Origin: Haliotis rufescens
Taxonomy: Eukaryota
Assembly: GCF_023055435.1 (NCBI RefSeq)
Contig: NW_025964362.1
Span: forward strand, 1,612,001 to 1,676,000
Direction: 5' to 3'
Length of the DNA stretch: 64,000 nt
Shown: one piece after another, positions 63,361 to 64,000 of the stretch
Layout of the letters: every line of letters begins with the position of its first letter
Numbering within the stretch: the first letter of the stretch is position 1
Made by a program: the position numbers and the translations under genes
The notes under the pieces: model-generated
Database searches by the model: none
What the model was told of the DNA's origin: nothing
Seen by the model: the letters and a program-made list of their open reading frames with translations, nothing else

Positions 63361-64000
63361 CTAGGTGAAACGATACAGGGAGGTCACATCACAGTACATT
63401 AGGTCACATTTTTTTTGTCAAATTGTGTTGAAACTTCTTGACTAAATATTTCAGAGCAGGTTCAAAAGTAAATTTCTAGTAGTGAATTTGAAATGCTAAT
63501 TACATCATATTTGCAGTACTTGACTGACACTTGGGTGTCATAAAACAAGTAGTAAGAAACTTAATTTAGCAAGTGTAAAAAAGTACTGTGTATCATGCAT
63601 GAAAACTTGATGCACCAGTGCACCAATGTATCGTTTCAGCCCTAATAAATGTGTGAACCTTTCAAACTTCTGGCTTTAATAATAGATGTGTGTACCTTTC
63701 ACACTGTTGAAATAATAAATGTGTGAACCCATCACACTTGCTAAAATAAATAAAACTATATGAAAATCTAAAAGGCACTCCCTGTAAAGGACGATGAACT
63801 TGATAACCCTCAGCCTTTCTTCAGCCATCGGATGGTGCAGAGCTCAAGCAATTGTAATGTTTTACAAATATTTCAGTACCTACCTCACGCTTTGTTACAT
63901 CATGTTTTGGCCACAGATGAATCACAATTCCAAATATGTGTATAGAAACGAAGAAAGGGACGGGGGCATTATGATTATTTAAGATACATTTTTGGGGACT

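Larger units (their letters stand above)
47271..64000 (+). mobile_element. ISL2EU-type (PIF/Harbinger group) two-gene DNA transposon; left end tentative, right end probably beyond the window
   Basis: A THAP+HTH+DDE_Tnp_4-type transposase on + converges with a SWIM+YqaJ nuclease on -, the gene content described for ISL2EU. Candidate left terminus AT|GCCCCTTTACTAC at 47271; no matching right TIR was found in the window. Confidence 0.75.

Overview
AT-rich, intron-rich animal genomic DNA. It is probably molluscan; the SINE families resemble abalone-type SINEs, but this is inference. There are two N-gaps (12563-12714, 29101-29320). The left three quarters hold two complete tandem ABCA3-like full transporter genes on the minus strand: copy A at 4306-22835 (~1698 aa) and copy B at 30714-46903 (~1697 aa). 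Each has 19 coding exons with matching phases. Their introns and the spacer between them contain four SINE families, two Tc1 relics, a decayed CR1/L2-type LINE, MITEs, minisatellites and two Penelope-type hammerhead-like motifs. The right quarter is a nested transposon complex. An ISL2EU-type (PIF/Harbinger group) two-gene element carries a THAP-HTH-DDE transposase (+ strand) and a convergent SWIM-YqaJ/lambda-exonuclease gene (- strand). Its THAP domain is split by a 10.3-kb intron. That intron contains a 9.2-kb TTAA-flanked piggyBac whose five-exon transposase has lost its catalytic core. All coordinates were read by eye and may be off by a few bases.
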